DNA of 64,000 bases, taken from an uncultured Spirochaetota bacterium (GTDB lineage Bacteria > Spirochaetota > Spirochaetia > SZUA-6 > Fen-1364). Numbering within the stretch: the first letter of the stretch is position 1; each line of letters starts with the position of its first letter. Of this stretch, positions 19,200 through 29,655 are shown one piece after another. The stretch spans positions 531,119 to 595,118 of the forward strand of contig CAWAHW010000002.1 of the NCBI GenBank assembly GCA_963781885.1, read 5' to 3'. The notes below the pieces were generated by a model. The model worked only from the letters and a program-made list of their open reading frames with translations, was not told the origin of the DNA and ran no database searches. The translations under genes were made by a program, and so were the position numbers.

Positions 19200-20507
19200 T
19201 CAGCACCCCTTCCCGGACTGGGTCCGGCGGTCGATCACGCGCACCGCCTTGCCTTCCGTCGCGGGCAGGTTGCCCGCCTCCAGCAGCCGCACGACGGGCG
19301 TCACCCCGATCTCATCCCGCAGCGCGGCGACCGCCCTGCCCTGGAGCGCCTCGAGGTGAGAGAGGGTCCCCTGGAACTGGTCGCTCTCAAGCTCGACGCT
19401 GATGTGGAGCTTGTCCATGTAGTTTTCCTCGTGGATCTCGATGAGGTAATTCGCGCCGATGCCGGGGATGCGGAGCAGGGTCTGCTCGATCTGGAGGGGG
19501 AAGATGTTCACGCCGTTGATGATCATCATGTCATCGGACCGGCCTTGGATCCGGTCGATGCGGCGATGGGTGCGTCCGCACGGACAGACGCCCGGGATGA
19601 ACCGCGTGAGGTCGCGCGTGCGGTAGCGCAGGAGCGGCGTGCCCGTCCTGTTGAGGGAAGTGAGGACGAGCTCGCCGCATTCCCCTTCCTCCACCGGCAG
19701 CCCCGTTGCCGGGTCCACGATCTCTGCGAGGAAATTGTCCTCCCAGAGGTGCATGCCGGACTGCGCGGGACACTCGAAGGCCACGCCGGGCCCGCACATC
19801 TCCGAAAGGCCGTAGGAGTTGTACGCCTTGATGTTCCAGGTCTGCTCGATCCTTCGGCGCGTCTCCTCGGTGTGCGGCTCGGCGCCGACGAACGCCATGC
19901 GCACCGAAAGGTCGCGCGCCGGGTCGAGCCCCATCTCGCTCACGTGCGCGGCAAGACGCAGGGCATAGCTGGGAAGGATGTGGATCGCGGTGGTCTTGAA
20001 CTCCTTCATGAACCAGATCTGCCTCTTGCTGTTGCCCGGGCCGACCGGGATGGTCATGGCGCCCAGCTTTTCCGCGCCATAGTGGAAGCCGAGGCCTCCC
20101 GTGAAGAGCCCGTACCCCATGATGTTCTGGAAGACGTCGGTGGAACGCATGCCCGCCATGTACATGCAGCGCGCCACGAGGTCCTGCCACGCGGCGATGT
20201 CCTCCCGCGTGTGGTAGATCACCGTCGGGTTTCCCGTGGTCCCGGAGGAGGAGTGCAGCCGCACGACCTTCTCCAGCGGCACGGCGAGGAATCCGTACGG
20301 GAAGCTGCTGCGCAGGTCCTCCTTCGTCGTGAAAGGGAGGCGGCGGACGTCATCAAGCTGCTTCACTTCCGGCAGCGGCTTTCCGTCGAAAAGCGCCCGA
20401 TAGAAGGGCGCATTCGCCGCGCCCCGCAGCGCGGTCGAAAGACGGTCAAGCTGCAGCCGCTCCAGCTCCGGTCGGTTCAGGGTTTCCAGGGTCGAATCCC
20501 AGTACAT
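19200..20507 (-). CDS. paaK: Phenylacetate-CoA ligase-like (PaaK family) enzyme, second copy
   Basis: Start MYWDSTLETL at 20507 (the ORF frame extends to 20561). PaaK motifs (SSSGTTG, YGLSE). Confidence 0.75.
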   Translation of the reverse strand: MYWDSTLETLNRPELERLQLDRLSTALRGAANAPFYRALFDGKPLPEVKQLDDVRRLPFTTKEDLRSSFPYGFLAVPLEKVVRLHSSSGTTGNPTVIYHTREDIAAWQDLVARCMYMAGMRSTDVFQNIMGYGLFTGGLGFHYGAEKLGAMTIPVGPGNSKRQIWFMKEFKTTAIHILPSYALRLAAHVSEMGLDPARDLSVRMAFVGAEPHTEETRRRIEQTWNIKAYNSYGLSEMCGPGVAFECPAQSGMHLWEDNFLAEIVDPATGLPVEEGECGELVLTSLNRTGTPLLRYRTRDLTRFIPGVCPCGRTHRRIDRIQGRSDDMMIINGVNIFPLQIEQTLLRIPGIGANYLIEIHEENYMDKLHISVELESDQFQGTLSHLEALQGRAVAALRDEIGVTPVVRLLEAGNLPATEGKAVRVIDRRTQSGKGC

Positions 20508-20646
20508 GCATGACCGCACCTGCGTGCGGATTCCTCCTCGGCATACAGTCTGCATCCACAAATGAACTGAATGACGGTGTATACTGGGAAAGCATGTTTA
20601 TGCAAGTGAGCGGCACATTCAGGAAGAACCGCGGAATGGATGGACG

Positions 20647-21267
20647 ATGAGCGACAACGAAGCGCGCCGTGCATGCATCGTGCTGTCACCGGCAGGGGCG
20701 GTCTGGGAGCAGCGGTCCCTGCTCCTCCTCCACGGCCGCGGCGACACGGCGCGCGGCTTTATCGCTCATTGGAGGCCGCTGGTGGACGAGGGATGGACGC
20801 TCGTCGCGCCGGTTTCGTCGCAGGCGTGTGCGTCCGGCGGCTTCTGCTGGGACGACACGGAGCTGGCCCGGCGCGAGATACGCGCGCACCTGGACGACTG
20901 CCGGCGGCTGCGCGGCATCGACGTCGGCGGCATGGTGATGGCAGGGACATCGCAGGGAGCGCATCTTGCCCTGGAGCTCGCCACGGAGGCGGGCGTGCCG
21001 GCGCTCTGCGCGTTTCCTTCTTTTCCCGCCGGATACGACGTGTCGCGTCTCACGTCCCTGCCGGGTCGTATTCCTGCAGGGTTCATCCTGGCCGCGCAAG
21101 CCGACGGCCGGGACCAAGTGCGGCAGGTGATTGCATCGCTTGAGTCGTCGGGCGTTCCGCTGGTGATTCACGAGATGCCCGGCGTCGGGCGCGACCTGCC
21201 GGAAGGATTCGCCTCGATTGCGGGTGGCGTGCTGATGCGGCTCATCGATGCCGCCGCATCCATCTGA
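20647..21267 (+). CDS. Alpha/beta hydrolase (phospholipase/carboxylesterase family)
   Basis: GTSQG nucleophile elbow, His/Asp region. 206 aa. Confidence 0.7.
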   Translation: MSDNEARRACIVLSPAGAVWEQRSLLLLHGRGDTARGFIAHWRPLVDEGWTLVAPVSSQACASGGFCWDDTELARREIRAHLDDCRRLRGIDVGGMVMAGTSQGAHLALELATEAGVPALCAFPSFPAGYDVSRLTSLPGRIPAGFILAAQADGRDQVRQVIASLESSGVPLVIHEMPGVGRDLPEGFASIAGGVLMRLIDAAASI

Positions 21268-21305
21268 TCACGTGGGGAAGTGCAACATCTCCTCGAAGGC
21301 GATCT

Positions 21306-22604
21306 TCACGGATAGATCCTCGAGATGGTGCGCGGGAAGGGGATGCATTCCCGCAGGTGCTGGCTGCCGCAAATCCAGGCAAGGGTGCGCTCCAGCCCGA
21401 TGCCGTAGCCGGAATGAGGCACGGAGCCGTACTTGCGGAGGTCCAGGTACCAGCCGTACGAGGATTCAGGGAGCTTCTCCTCGTGGATGCGCGCAAGGAG
21501 CTTTTCCAGGATGTCCTCGCGCTGGGAGCCGCCAATGATCTCGCCGTAGCCTTCCGGGGCCAGGAGATCGGAGCAGAGCACGGTCTGCGGATTGGCGGGA
21601 TTCTCCTTCATATAGAAGGCCTTTGCCTTGCGGGGATAGTTCATGACGAAGATCGGCTTGTCGTGCATCTTCGTGATGATCGTCTCGTCCTCCCCCCCCA
21701 GGTCGTCGCCCCACTGGATGGCGCTGCCCTTGGACTGGAGGGTCTTCACGGCGTCGCCGTAGTCCATGCGGATGAAGGGCGGCGTCACCTTCTTCAGGGG
21801 CTCGATGTCACGCTCGATTGCCTTGAGCTCTTCCCCGCAAGAAGCGAGCACGTCGGAGACCACCCTGCTCACCATGTCTTCTTGCAACACCATGTTGTCG
21901 TCGTTGTCCGCGTAGGCCACCTCTGCTTCGAGCATCCAGAACTCGGTGAGATGCCGCCGCGTCTTCGACTTCTCGGCGCGGAATGTCGGCCCGAAATTGA
22001 AGACCTTGCCATACGCCATGCAGGCCGCTTCGAGGTAGAGCTGGCCCGTCTGCGCGAGGTAGGCATCGCCCAGGTCGAAGTAGGGCACGGTGAAGAGCGT
22101 CCCCGCGCTCTCCCCGATGGAACCGGTGAGGATCGGCGTGTCGATGAGCAGGAACCCGCGCTCGTGGAAGAAGGAGCGGAAGGACATGATCGCCTGGTCG
22201 CGGATGCGCATGATGGCGGTCGGCCGGGTGGAGCGCAGCCACAGGTGCCGATTCTCCAGGAGGAAATCGATGCCGTGCTCCTTCTTGGAGATGGGGTAGT
22301 CGTCGGCGGGGTTCTGCACGATCTCGACGCCGCTCACGGTGAGCTCGAAGCCGGAAGGCGCGCGCTCGTCCCGTCGCGCCGTGCCCCGCACAATCACGGA
22401 CGCCTCCATTTTCAGGCCCGTGATGCGCGCGAATGTCTCCGGCCCGCAGCCGGACTCCTCCGCCACGCCCTGGATGCGGCCGGTGCCGTCGCGAAGCTGG
22501 AGGAAGGCGATCTTGCCCTTGGACCGCATGTTGTAGAGCCATCCGCGTATCTCGACCTCGCGGTCGACATGCATTCCGATGTCGGCGATCGATACCACTT
22601 CCAT
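21306..22604 (-). CDS. asnS: Asparagine--tRNA ligase (class IIb aaRS)
   Basis: 432 aa. N-terminal OB anticodon-binding domain and class II motifs 1-3 (FRAE, GLERL). Confidence 0.7.
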   Translation of the reverse strand: MEVVSIADIGMHVDREVEIRGWLYNMRSKGKIAFLQLRDGTGRIQGVAEESGCGPETFARITGLKMEASVIVRGTARRDERAPSGFELTVSGVEIVQNPADDYPISKKEHGIDFLLENRHLWLRSTRPTAIMRIRDQAIMSFRSFFHERGFLLIDTPILTGSIGESAGTLFTVPYFDLGDAYLAQTGQLYLEAACMAYGKVFNFGPTFRAEKSKTRRHLTEFWMLEAEVAYADNDDNMVLQEDMVSRVVSDVLASCGEELKAIERDIEPLKKVTPPFIRMDYGDAVKTLQSKGSAIQWGDDLGGEDETIITKMHDKPIFVMNYPRKAKAFYMKENPANPQTVLCSDLLAPEGYGEIIGGSQREDILEKLLARIHEEKLPESSYGWYLDLRKYGSVPHSGYGIGLERTLAWICGSQHLRECIPFPRTISRIYP

Positions 22605-22640
22605 TCGGTTCTCCTCGGGGGCGCCCGGCGGGCGCGGGTG

Positions 22641-23714
22641 TCACACGAACTCTTCGCGTTCGCGAAGGACGACGATCTCGCCCTTCTGCTCCAGAAGCTG
22701 GATGTACTCCAGGAAATCCTGCTGCGCGCGGTCGAGGTCCGATTTCCTGATCGCGCCAATCGCCTCTTCCTCCAGCCGTATCAGCTCGCGGCGTCGATCC
22801 GAGACCGCGGACAGGAGCCGCTGGCGCGTCTTCTCCTCCGCGCCCTTGATCACGAGCGCGAGCTCTCGGTCGGCATAGTCGCGCATGACCTTCTGCAGAT
22901 CCTTGTCGGGGAGCTGGAAGACAACGTCTATTGTGTAGAGCATCTTGCGGATCTGGTTCGCCGTGTTCGGCTCCAGCTCGGAGAGGATCGCCTGCTCCCG
23001 CGCGGGGTCCATGTAGCGCAGGATCTCCGTGAGGGCGGAGGCGCCGTTCAGCTCCTCGGTCACCGCCGCGGCGACCTTCCGCACCTTGCCGCGCAGCGCC
23101 TCTTCGGTGGCGCGGATGACGTCCGCGTCCACCGTCAGGGTCTTCGCGATGCGGGGAACGATCTCGCGCTGCGCTTCCGGGCTCATGGCCTGCAGGATGC
23201 GCGCCGCGAGCTTGGGCTCCAGGTGCGCGAGGATGAGCGAGGCAACCGGCACCGACTCCTCCCGCAGAAGCGCGATGGCCTGGTGGATGTCGATGTCTTG
23301 CAGAAAGGAGAAGGGCGGGGGCGCCATGTCCTTGCGGACCCTGTCCAGGATTTCCTTCGCCTTCTCCGCGCCGACGGACGCTTCCAGCATCTCCTGCGCC
23401 TTCTCGATGCCGCCGCTCGCGATGAGATCCTTCGTCTCGCGGATGTAGCCGAACTCCTCCATGATCTTGGAGGCGTCCTTCTGGTCGATGCGCTGGGTGC
23501 GGGCGATCTCCCGGGTGATGCCCTCCACCTCTTCGGTGGACATGTGCTTCAGGACGCGTGCCGCCTCGTCCTTGCCGAGGAGCATGAGGAACTGGGCCGC
23601 CTTGCGGTAACCCGCGTCCCGGCTTGTCTCCTTGATGAAACCGCGCAGACTCGGGTCGAGCTTGCCCTTCGCGGCCTTCTGCTCCTTGCGGTATTCGTCG
23701 GCTCCCCGTGGCAT
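22641..23714 (-). CDS. fliG: Flagellar motor switch protein FliG (orphan copy, FliG1-like)
   Basis: Three-domain FliG conservation with a charged C-terminal helix region. Start ATG 23714; the ORF-track start at 23750 is a TTG. Confidence 0.7.
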   Translation of the reverse strand: MPRGADEYRKEQKAAKGKLDPSLRGFIKETSRDAGYRKAAQFLMLLGKDEAARVLKHMSTEEVEGITREIARTQRIDQKDASKIMEEFGYIRETKDLIASGGIEKAQEMLEASVGAEKAKEILDRVRKDMAPPPFSFLQDIDIHQAIALLREESVPVASLILAHLEPKLAARILQAMSPEAQREIVPRIAKTLTVDADVIRATEEALRGKVRKVAAAVTEELNGASALTEILRYMDPAREQAILSELEPNTANQIRKMLYTIDVVFQLPDKDLQKVMRDYADRELALVIKGAEEKTRQRLLSAVSDRRRELIRLEEEAIGAIRKSDLDRAQQDFLEYIQLLEQKGEIVVLREREEFV

Positions 23715-23789
23715 GGCCGCAATACTACCCGCAGGCCGGGGGGAGGTCAATGCGGACCACGGCGGCCACCGTCATCGGTGGCCGCCTTA

Positions 23790-24626
23790 TTACGCCGTCA
23801 TGGTATCCGGGTGCGGCCCGATGCGGGTGCCCGTGTCCAGGGCAGTGATGCGCTGCATGTCCGAATTATCGAGTGAAAAATCGAAGACCTTGCTGTTTTC
23901 CAGGATCCTCTCGCGGTGCACCGACTTCGGAATGATGACGACGCCGAGCTGGAGGTGCCAGCGGAGCACGACCTGCGCGGGTGTCCGGTCGTGCTTGCGC
24001 GCGATTTCCGCGAACACCGCGTTGTCCAGACTGCGTCCCCGGGTGAGCGGAGACCATGCCTCGTGCCGGATCCCCGTTCTCTGGTCGTAGTCCAGCAGGT
24101 CCTTCTGCACGAGGAAGGGATGGAACTCCACCTGGTTCACGGCCGGCGTGATGGACGAACCTGATTTCAGGTCTTCCAGGTGATGCGTGAGGAAATTGCT
24201 TACTCCAATGGCGCGCGTCTTGCCGTCGGCCAGCAGCTTCTCCAGGGCCTTCCAGGTGTCCTTGTACTTTCCCTTGATGGGCCAGTGGATGAGATACAGG
24301 TCGACGACGTCGACGCCCAGCAAGCGGCGGCTCGCGTCGAATGCCGCGAGCGTCTCCTTGTAGCCCTGGTCCGTGTTCCACACCTTTGTCGTGATGAAGA
24401 CCTTGTCCCGCGGCACGCCGCTGTCCCTGAGGGCGCGGCCCACGTCCGCCTCATTGGCGTACAGGGCGGCCGTGTCGATGTGCCGGTAGCCGATCTCCAG
24501 CGCCCAGCGCACCGCATGCTCGGTTTCCTTTCCCGGCGGCGACTTGAAAACGCCCAGCCCGACCCAGGGGATTTGCACCCCATTGTTCAGACGCACGGTC
24601 GACGTGAGATTCATATTTGTTTCCAT
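23790..24626 (-). CDS. Aldo/keto reductase (DkgA/2,5-diketo-D-gluconate reductase-like)
   Basis: AKR catalytic tetrad context (DTAALY, IHWP, GVSNF). 278 aa. Confidence 0.8.
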   Translation of the reverse strand: METNMNLTSTVRLNNGVQIPWVGLGVFKSPPGKETEHAVRWALEIGYRHIDTAALYANEADVGRALRDSGVPRDKVFITTKVWNTDQGYKETLAAFDASRRLLGVDVVDLYLIHWPIKGKYKDTWKALEKLLADGKTRAIGVSNFLTHHLEDLKSGSSITPAVNQVEFHPFLVQKDLLDYDQRTGIRHEAWSPLTRGRSLDNAVFAEIARKHDRTPAQVVLRWHLQLGVVIIPKSVHRERILENSKVFDFSLDNSDMQRITALDTGTRIGPHPDTMTA

Positions 24627-24784
24627 ACGCTATAAGGAAACAACTTTCGCGGGCATCGTCCAGCGCCGCTCCCGCGCCATAGGTCGGGCCGCGAACGCCG
24701 TCGCCGGCGCCACTTCCACAACGCCGTCGGTCGCTTGCCGAATGCCGCCGGCGCATTGATACTTACCGTACGGAGGAGTGCCGA

Positions 24785-25489
24785 ATGGCGCAAATCGTGG
24801 CGATTTCCGGTGCGGCAGGAGGGCTGGGTCCGACCGTCGCGCGCGCGTTCCTCGATGCGGATGCGACACTGGCGGTTGCCGGTCGGAATGCGTCGCGGCT
24901 CGCGCAGATGCTCGAGGATATCGGGGCGCCACCCGCGCGGAGGCTCGCGACAGCCGCCGATCTCGCCGATCCGGAGGCCGCGCGCGCGTGGGCGGCGGCC
25001 GTGGCGGAAAGATTCGGCAGGGTCGACGTCGTTCTTCACCTGGTGGGCGGTTATGCCGGCGGCGGCGCGCTTTCTGACCTGCAAATGGCCGACTGGCAGA
25101 AGCTCGAATCGATGCTCGTGCTCACGACATTCAGCGTCGTGCGGGCGTTCGCCGGGCCATTGAAGGCGGGCGGCGCGGGAAGGTTCGTTGCCGTCAGCTC
25201 CCTGAAGGCGCAGGCGCCGACGGCGAAAAGCGCGCTTTACGCAGCGGCAAAGGCCGCGTCGGATGCCCTGGTGCTCGCGCTCGCAGATGAGCTGCGGGGA
25301 TCGGGGGCAACGGCGAATCTCGTGGTCGTCGATTCGATCGAGCCGCCGGAGAGCGCCGGTGCGGCAGCGCGCAAGCCGTATGGAAAGGCCACCCCCGCCG
25401 CCGAGATTGCAAAGGCAATGATGTATCTCTGCTCGCCGGAAGCGGCGACGATCAACGGCATCCGTCTGCCGCTGACCGGCAGAGGATGA
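24785..25489 (+). CDS. SDR-family oxidoreductase (atypical)
   Basis: Rossmann GAAGGLG motif. GGAGGAG RBS. Confidence 0.65.
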   Translation: MAQIVAISGAAGGLGPTVARAFLDADATLAVAGRNASRLAQMLEDIGAPPARRLATAADLADPEAARAWAAAVAERFGRVDVVLHLVGGYAGGGALSDLQMADWQKLESMLVLTTFSVVRAFAGPLKAGGAGRFVAVSSLKAQAPTAKSALYAAAKAASDALVLALADELRGSGATANLVVVDSIEPPESAGAAARKPYGKATPAAEIAKAMMYLCSPEAATINGIRLPLTGRG

Positions 25490-25501
25490 AGGGAGCGTTG
25501 C

Positions 25502-26353
25502 ATGGAGCATCGGAGTTATGGCAGGACCGGTGAGAGCCTGTCGGTCGTGGGATTCGGCGGGATCTGCGTCATGGACGAAAAGCCGGCAACGGCCGCGCGC
25601 ATGGTGGGCGAAGCCATCGATCGGGACGTGAATTATTTCGACGTTGCCCCGAGCTACGGGGACTCTGAGGAGAAGCTGGGCCCGGCGCTTGCGCCGTACC
25701 GTGCGAAGGTCTTCCTTGCGTGCAAGACCGGCAAGCGCGACGCGGCCGGCGCGCGGCAGGAGTTGGAGGCGTCGCTCGGGAGGTTGAAGACCGACCGCTT
25801 CGACCTCTACCAGCTTCACGCCGTCACGACGCGGGAAGAGGTGCAGACCATACTCGGTCCGGGCGGCGCCCTGGAGGCTTTCCAGAAGGCGCGCACGCAG
25901 GGCCTCGTGCGCCATCTCGGTTTTTCCGCGCATTCGGAGGAGGCCGCCCTCCTGCTCATGGACGCGTTCGATTTCGACAGCATCCTCTTCCCGTTCAACT
26001 GGGCATGCTGGCTGAAGGGAGGCTTCGGGCGGCCGGTCCTCCAGCGCGCCAGGGAAAAGGGGCTCGCGCGGCTGGCGCTGAAGACGCTGGCAAAGCGGAA
26101 ATGGCGCGACGGTGAGGAGAAGGACTGGCCCAAATGCTGGTACAAGCCGGTGGAGTCCTATGAAGAAGCCGAGGTGGCCACCCGGTTCACGCTTTCCATG
26201 CCGGTGACCGCCGGCGTAAGTCCCGGCCATATCGAGCTCTTCCGCTGGATGTGCGACGCGGCGGAAAAGCTCGGACCCTTGGCGGAAGCGGACGAACAGG
26301 CGCTGGAAACCGCGGCTGCCGGGCTTGAGGTGATCTTCCCCGAGGCGAGCTGA
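25502..26353 (+). CDS. Aldo/keto reductase family oxidoreductase
   Basis: AKR-fold motifs. 283 aa. Confidence 0.7.
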   Translation: MEHRSYGRTGESLSVVGFGGICVMDEKPATAARMVGEAIDRDVNYFDVAPSYGDSEEKLGPALAPYRAKVFLACKTGKRDAAGARQELEASLGRLKTDRFDLYQLHAVTTREEVQTILGPGGALEAFQKARTQGLVRHLGFSAHSEEAALLLMDAFDFDSILFPFNWACWLKGGFGRPVLQRAREKGLARLALKTLAKRKWRDGEEKDWPKCWYKPVESYEEAEVATRFTLSMPVTAGVSPGHIELFRWMCDAAEKLGPLAEADEQALETAAAGLEVIFPEAS

Positions 26354-26424
26354 ACGCGCCGATTGAACGCCGACTCGAAGCGGCGCGTTGCCCGCGCGCG
26401 CCGCCGGCATTACCTTTCATCACC

Positions 26425-28431
26425 GTGAACCGACTTGCCGGGGAGCTGAGCCCCTACCTGCTCCAGCACGCCGACAACCCCGTGAACTGGCACCCCTGGG
26501 GGGAGGAGGCATTCGCGGCGGCGCGTCGGGACGACAAGCCGGTCTTCCTTTCAATCGGATACTCAACCTGCCACTGGTGCCACGTGATGGAGCACGAATC
26601 ATTTTCAGACCCTGAAGTCGCGGCTCTCATGAACGACGCCTTCGTCTCCATCAAGATCGATCGGGAGGAGAGACCCGACCTGGACGCGCATTTCATGCGC
26701 GTCTGCCAGATGCTCACCGGCGCCGGCGGATGGCCTCTCACCGTCATCGTGACCCCGGACCGCAAGCCGTTTTTCGCCGGCACGTACATTCCCCGCGACA
26801 ATTCGTCCGGGCGCATGGGCATGATGGAGCTCGTCCCGCGCATCCGCGAGCTCTGGACGACGCAGAGAAAAAGCATCGATGAGTCGGTGGAATCCATCAT
26901 GGCCGCGCTGGCGCGTCCGGATGCGGAGGAGCCAGGCGACTTTTCGCCCGGCCCTTCCGTCATTGTGGAAGCGGCCCGGTCCCTCTCGGCGCGCTTCGAC
27001 GGCAGGAATGCCGGTTTCGGCGGCGCACCCAAGTTTCCCATGCCGACGCTCATCGGCCTCCTGCTGCGCGCCTGGCGACGCGGCGGGAACGCGGAAACGC
27101 TCGCCATGGCGGAGCGGACGCTTGCGGCCATGCGGCGCGGCGGCATCTACGACCAGGTCGGCTTCGGCTTCCATCGCTACTCCACCGACGAGCGCTGGCA
27201 CGTTCCCCATTTCGAGAAGATGCTCTACGACCAGGCGCTGCTCTGCCTGGCGTACACCGAGGCATGGCAGGCCGTTGGAAAGGATCTCTACCGGCGGACC
27301 GCCTTGGAAATCTGCTCCTACGTGCTGCGCGATCTTCGCCTCCCGGGAGGGGCGTTCGCCACCGCGGAGGATGCCGACAGCGAAGGGGTCGAGGGCAGGT
27401 TCTACGCGTGGACCGAGAAGGAGCTGCGATCGGTGCTAGGTGACGGCGATTTCGAGCTCCTGTCGCGGCGCTACATCCTGCGGGAGCCTGCCGACGCGCA
27501 GATCATCCTCCACCGGTTCCCGTCGGACGACGCGCCCCCTGATGCGCGCGAGGCGGCCCTGCGGGAGGCCCGCGCGCGCCGCGTGCGGCCCCTCCGCGAC
27601 AACAAGGTCCTTGCCGACATGAACGGCCTCATGATTGCCGCCCTCGCGCGCGCGGGCCGGCTCTTCGACGAGCCGTCCCTGGTGGAGGCGGCAGCGGCCG
27701 CCGCTCGCTTCGTGCGCGGAGGCATGACGGGCGAAGACGGCACGCTCCTGCACCGGTACCGGGACGGCGTGGCGGGCATCCCGGCATTCGCCGACGATCA
27801 CGCATTCATGGCCTGGGGAATGCTCGAGCTTTTCGAAGCAGGCTTCGATGCCGCGTGGCTGGAGGAAGCCGTGCATCTGACGGACGCGCTGATCGCCGGA
27901 TTCTGGGACGATGAGACGGGCGCCTTCTTCCAGACCTCCGGTTCCGTCGAAAAGGGAATCGCGCGCATGAAGTCGTTCACCGACGGCGTGATCCCCTCCG
28001 CCAACGCGGTCGCCCTCATGTTGTTCGTGAAGCTCAACCGGATCACGGGAAGGTCGGACTACCAGGAGAAGGCTGACGCGCTCATGCGCTGCGTGCCGGG
28101 CGATGCCGTGGACTCATCGATCTCCTACTCCCACCTGCTCAGTGCAGCCGATTACGCGGCCGGCCCCACGGCGGAAGTGGTGATCGTCGGAGACCCCGCT
28201 GCGACGGACACGCGTGCCATGCGCGAAGCCTTCCGACGCGTCTATGCCCCGAATGCCGTCATCATGGTGAAGCGTGCCACCGGTGATGCACTGCTGGATC
28301 GGCTGGCTCCGTTCACCTCTTCCCTGCGGCAGGTTGCCGGCAGGGCGACCGCATACGTCTGCCGCGACTTCACCTGCTCGCTCCCCGCCACCGACCCATC
28401 TCTAGCGGTACGTGGGCTCGCTGTCGACTGA
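26425..28431 (+). CDS. Thioredoxin-domain protein, DUF255/YyaL family (N-acylglucosamine-epimerase-like fold)
   Basis: N-terminal [18 protein letters not shown] with CHWCH. 668 aa. GTG start. Confidence 0.75.
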   Translation: MNRLAGELSPYLLQHADNPVNWHPWGEEAFAAARRDDKPVFLSIGYSTCHWCHVMEHESFSDPEVAALMNDAFVSIKIDREERPDLDAHFMRVCQMLTGAGGWPLTVIVTPDRKPFFAGTYIPRDNSSGRMGMMELVPRIRELWTTQRKSIDESVESIMAALARPDAEEPGDFSPGPSVIVEAARSLSARFDGRNAGFGGAPKFPMPTLIGLLLRAWRRGGNAETLAMAERTLAAMRRGGIYDQVGFGFHRYSTDERWHVPHFEKMLYDQALLCLAYTEAWQAVGKDLYRRTALEICSYVLRDLRLPGGAFATAEDADSEGVEGRFYAWTEKELRSVLGDGDFELLSRRYILREPADAQIILHRFPSDDAPPDAREAALREARARRVRPLRDNKVLADMNGLMIAALARAGRLFDEPSLVEAAAAAARFVRGGMTGEDGTLLHRYRDGVAGIPAFADDHAFMAWGMLELFEAGFDAAWLEEAVHLTDALIAGFWDDETGAFFQTSGSVEKGIARMKSFTDGVIPSANAVALMLFVKLNRITGRSDYQEKADALMRCVPGDAVDSSISYSHLLSAADYAAGPTAEVVIVGDPAATDTRAMREAFRRVYAPNAVIMVKRATGDALLDRLAPFTSSLRQVAGRATAYVCRDFTCSLPATDPSLAVRGLAVD

Positions 28432-29475
28432 GGGCTCCGGCGGCTCGGCGGCGATCTCCTTCTCCACCTGCCGGTAGATGTCTTCCAGTATTTCCGCAAG
28501 CGGCAGGGGCCGGCTGTACAGGGGAGCGCACGCCTCCCGCCCGGTGTCGAGGCTCGCGTTTCCCACCGCGTCGGGCACGCAGTCCAGCGCCTTCTGACCG
28601 GCAAGAACGGCGGAGAGCGTTCCGAGCATGACGATGCACTCCTGGAGCGCCTGCTCGTAGAGGTCGAGGAAGCTCGCCGTTGACCGATCCGCTTCACTGC
28701 AGGGGTGGCACCACCCGGCGTGCCCGAGATTGAGGAAGTCGAAACCCTCGGGAACGGTGCGGGGATGGATAAGCCCCAGCCGCCGCATCTTGAACCCGTC
28801 CTTGCGGTCCTGCTTGTATGCCAGGGGAACGAGATCGGGATTCAGGTGATTCGTCATCTTGTAGAAGTAAATCGCATCGTGGTAGGCGTTCTGGATGCGC
28901 AGCCTGTCGCGGCTCTTGTAGTTGTAGGTCGGGTAGGTGGCGTTCAGCGCCTTCACGAGCGTCTTGATGACGGGGTAGGGAAGATTCACGCCGCAGCGGA
29001 CGAGCGAGAGATAGTCGAAGTCCGCCGGCGCCTTGCCGAATCGTTCCTGGAGCACCAGGACGTCGAGTATCCTCTCCAGGAATGGGTGGGCGTGGTAGAG
29101 CCTCCTGCTCGCCTCTTCCCGCGCGCTGGCCGCCCCGGCAAAGTAGCCGATGAAGGGGTGTGCCTTGCGGTCCAGCGGCGCATGCGTGGCGAAACCGAGT
29201 ATGTAAGCGGCAAGCTCCGAGCCGGGACCGGCGGACAGCCGCAGCGCCTCCCGCGCCAGCTCCCGCACGAATGTGCCGTAGCCATGCCGATGGAGCGCCA
29301 CCCCGTAGCGCAGCCCCGTCGGCATGGTGCGCTGGTTGTGGTAGAAGAAGTCCGGCCCCTGCGCGCCGAATCTGAAGAGGTTGCCGTGTGCCGCGAGCAT
29401 CTCCTCCCCCCGATCGCCGAGCGCGCCGCGAAGAGCTTCCTCCGCAAAGAGGAGGTGGGCGAAATGGGAGGGCAT
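28402..29475 (-). CDS. Zinc-dependent phospholipase C family protein (putative)
   Basis: Start [11 protein letters not shown] at 29475. Pattern of conserved His residues. Converges on the previous gene with a 30-bp overlap. Confidence 0.5.
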   Translation of the reverse strand: MPSHFAHLLFAEEALRGALGDRGEEMLAAHGNLFRFGAQGPDFFYHNQRTMPTGLRYGVALHRHGYGTFVRELAREALRLSAGPGSELAAYILGFATHAPLDRKAHPFIGYFAGAASAREEASRRLYHAHPFLERILDVLVLQERFGKAPADFDYLSLVRCGVNLPYPVIKTLVKALNATYPTYNYKSRDRLRIQNAYHDAIYFYKMTNHLNPDLVPLAYKQDRKDGFKMRRLGLIHPRTVPEGFDFLNLGHAGWCHPCSEADRSTASFLDLYEQALQECIVMLGTLSAVLAGQKALDCVPDAVGNASLDTGREACAPLYSRPLPLAEILEDIYRQVEKEIAAEPPEPSVDSEPTYR

Positions 29476-29522
29476 ACAGTCAACATTACCACGGCCGCCG
29501 GTGCCTTTCACGCACGCGGCAC

Positions 29523-29550
29523 TTGACTTTTTGTCTCCCGCCGATAGTAT
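29523..29550 (+). promoter_or_regulatory. sigma70-type promoter for tRNA-Phe (TTGACT -17- TAGTAT)
   Basis: -35 TTGACT at 29523-29528, 16-17 nt spacer, -10 TAGTAT at 29545-29550. The tRNA starts ~11 nt downstream. Confidence 0.55.
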
Positions 29551-29561
29551 GTGCCGATATC

Positions 29562-29634
<73 letters not shown>

Positions 29635-29655
29635 GAATTCCCTGACCGGCAGAAA

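Noticed and set aside
21357-23876. 839-aa plus-strand ORF antisense to asnS and fliG
   Set aside because: A GC-skew artifact with no family resemblance. The opposite strand encodes two well-conserved proteins.
24611-26410. 599-aa minus-strand ORF antisense to the SDR and AKR genes
   Set aside because: Low-complexity Arg/Pro/Gly-rich translation. The plus-strand genes have RBSs and family motifs.
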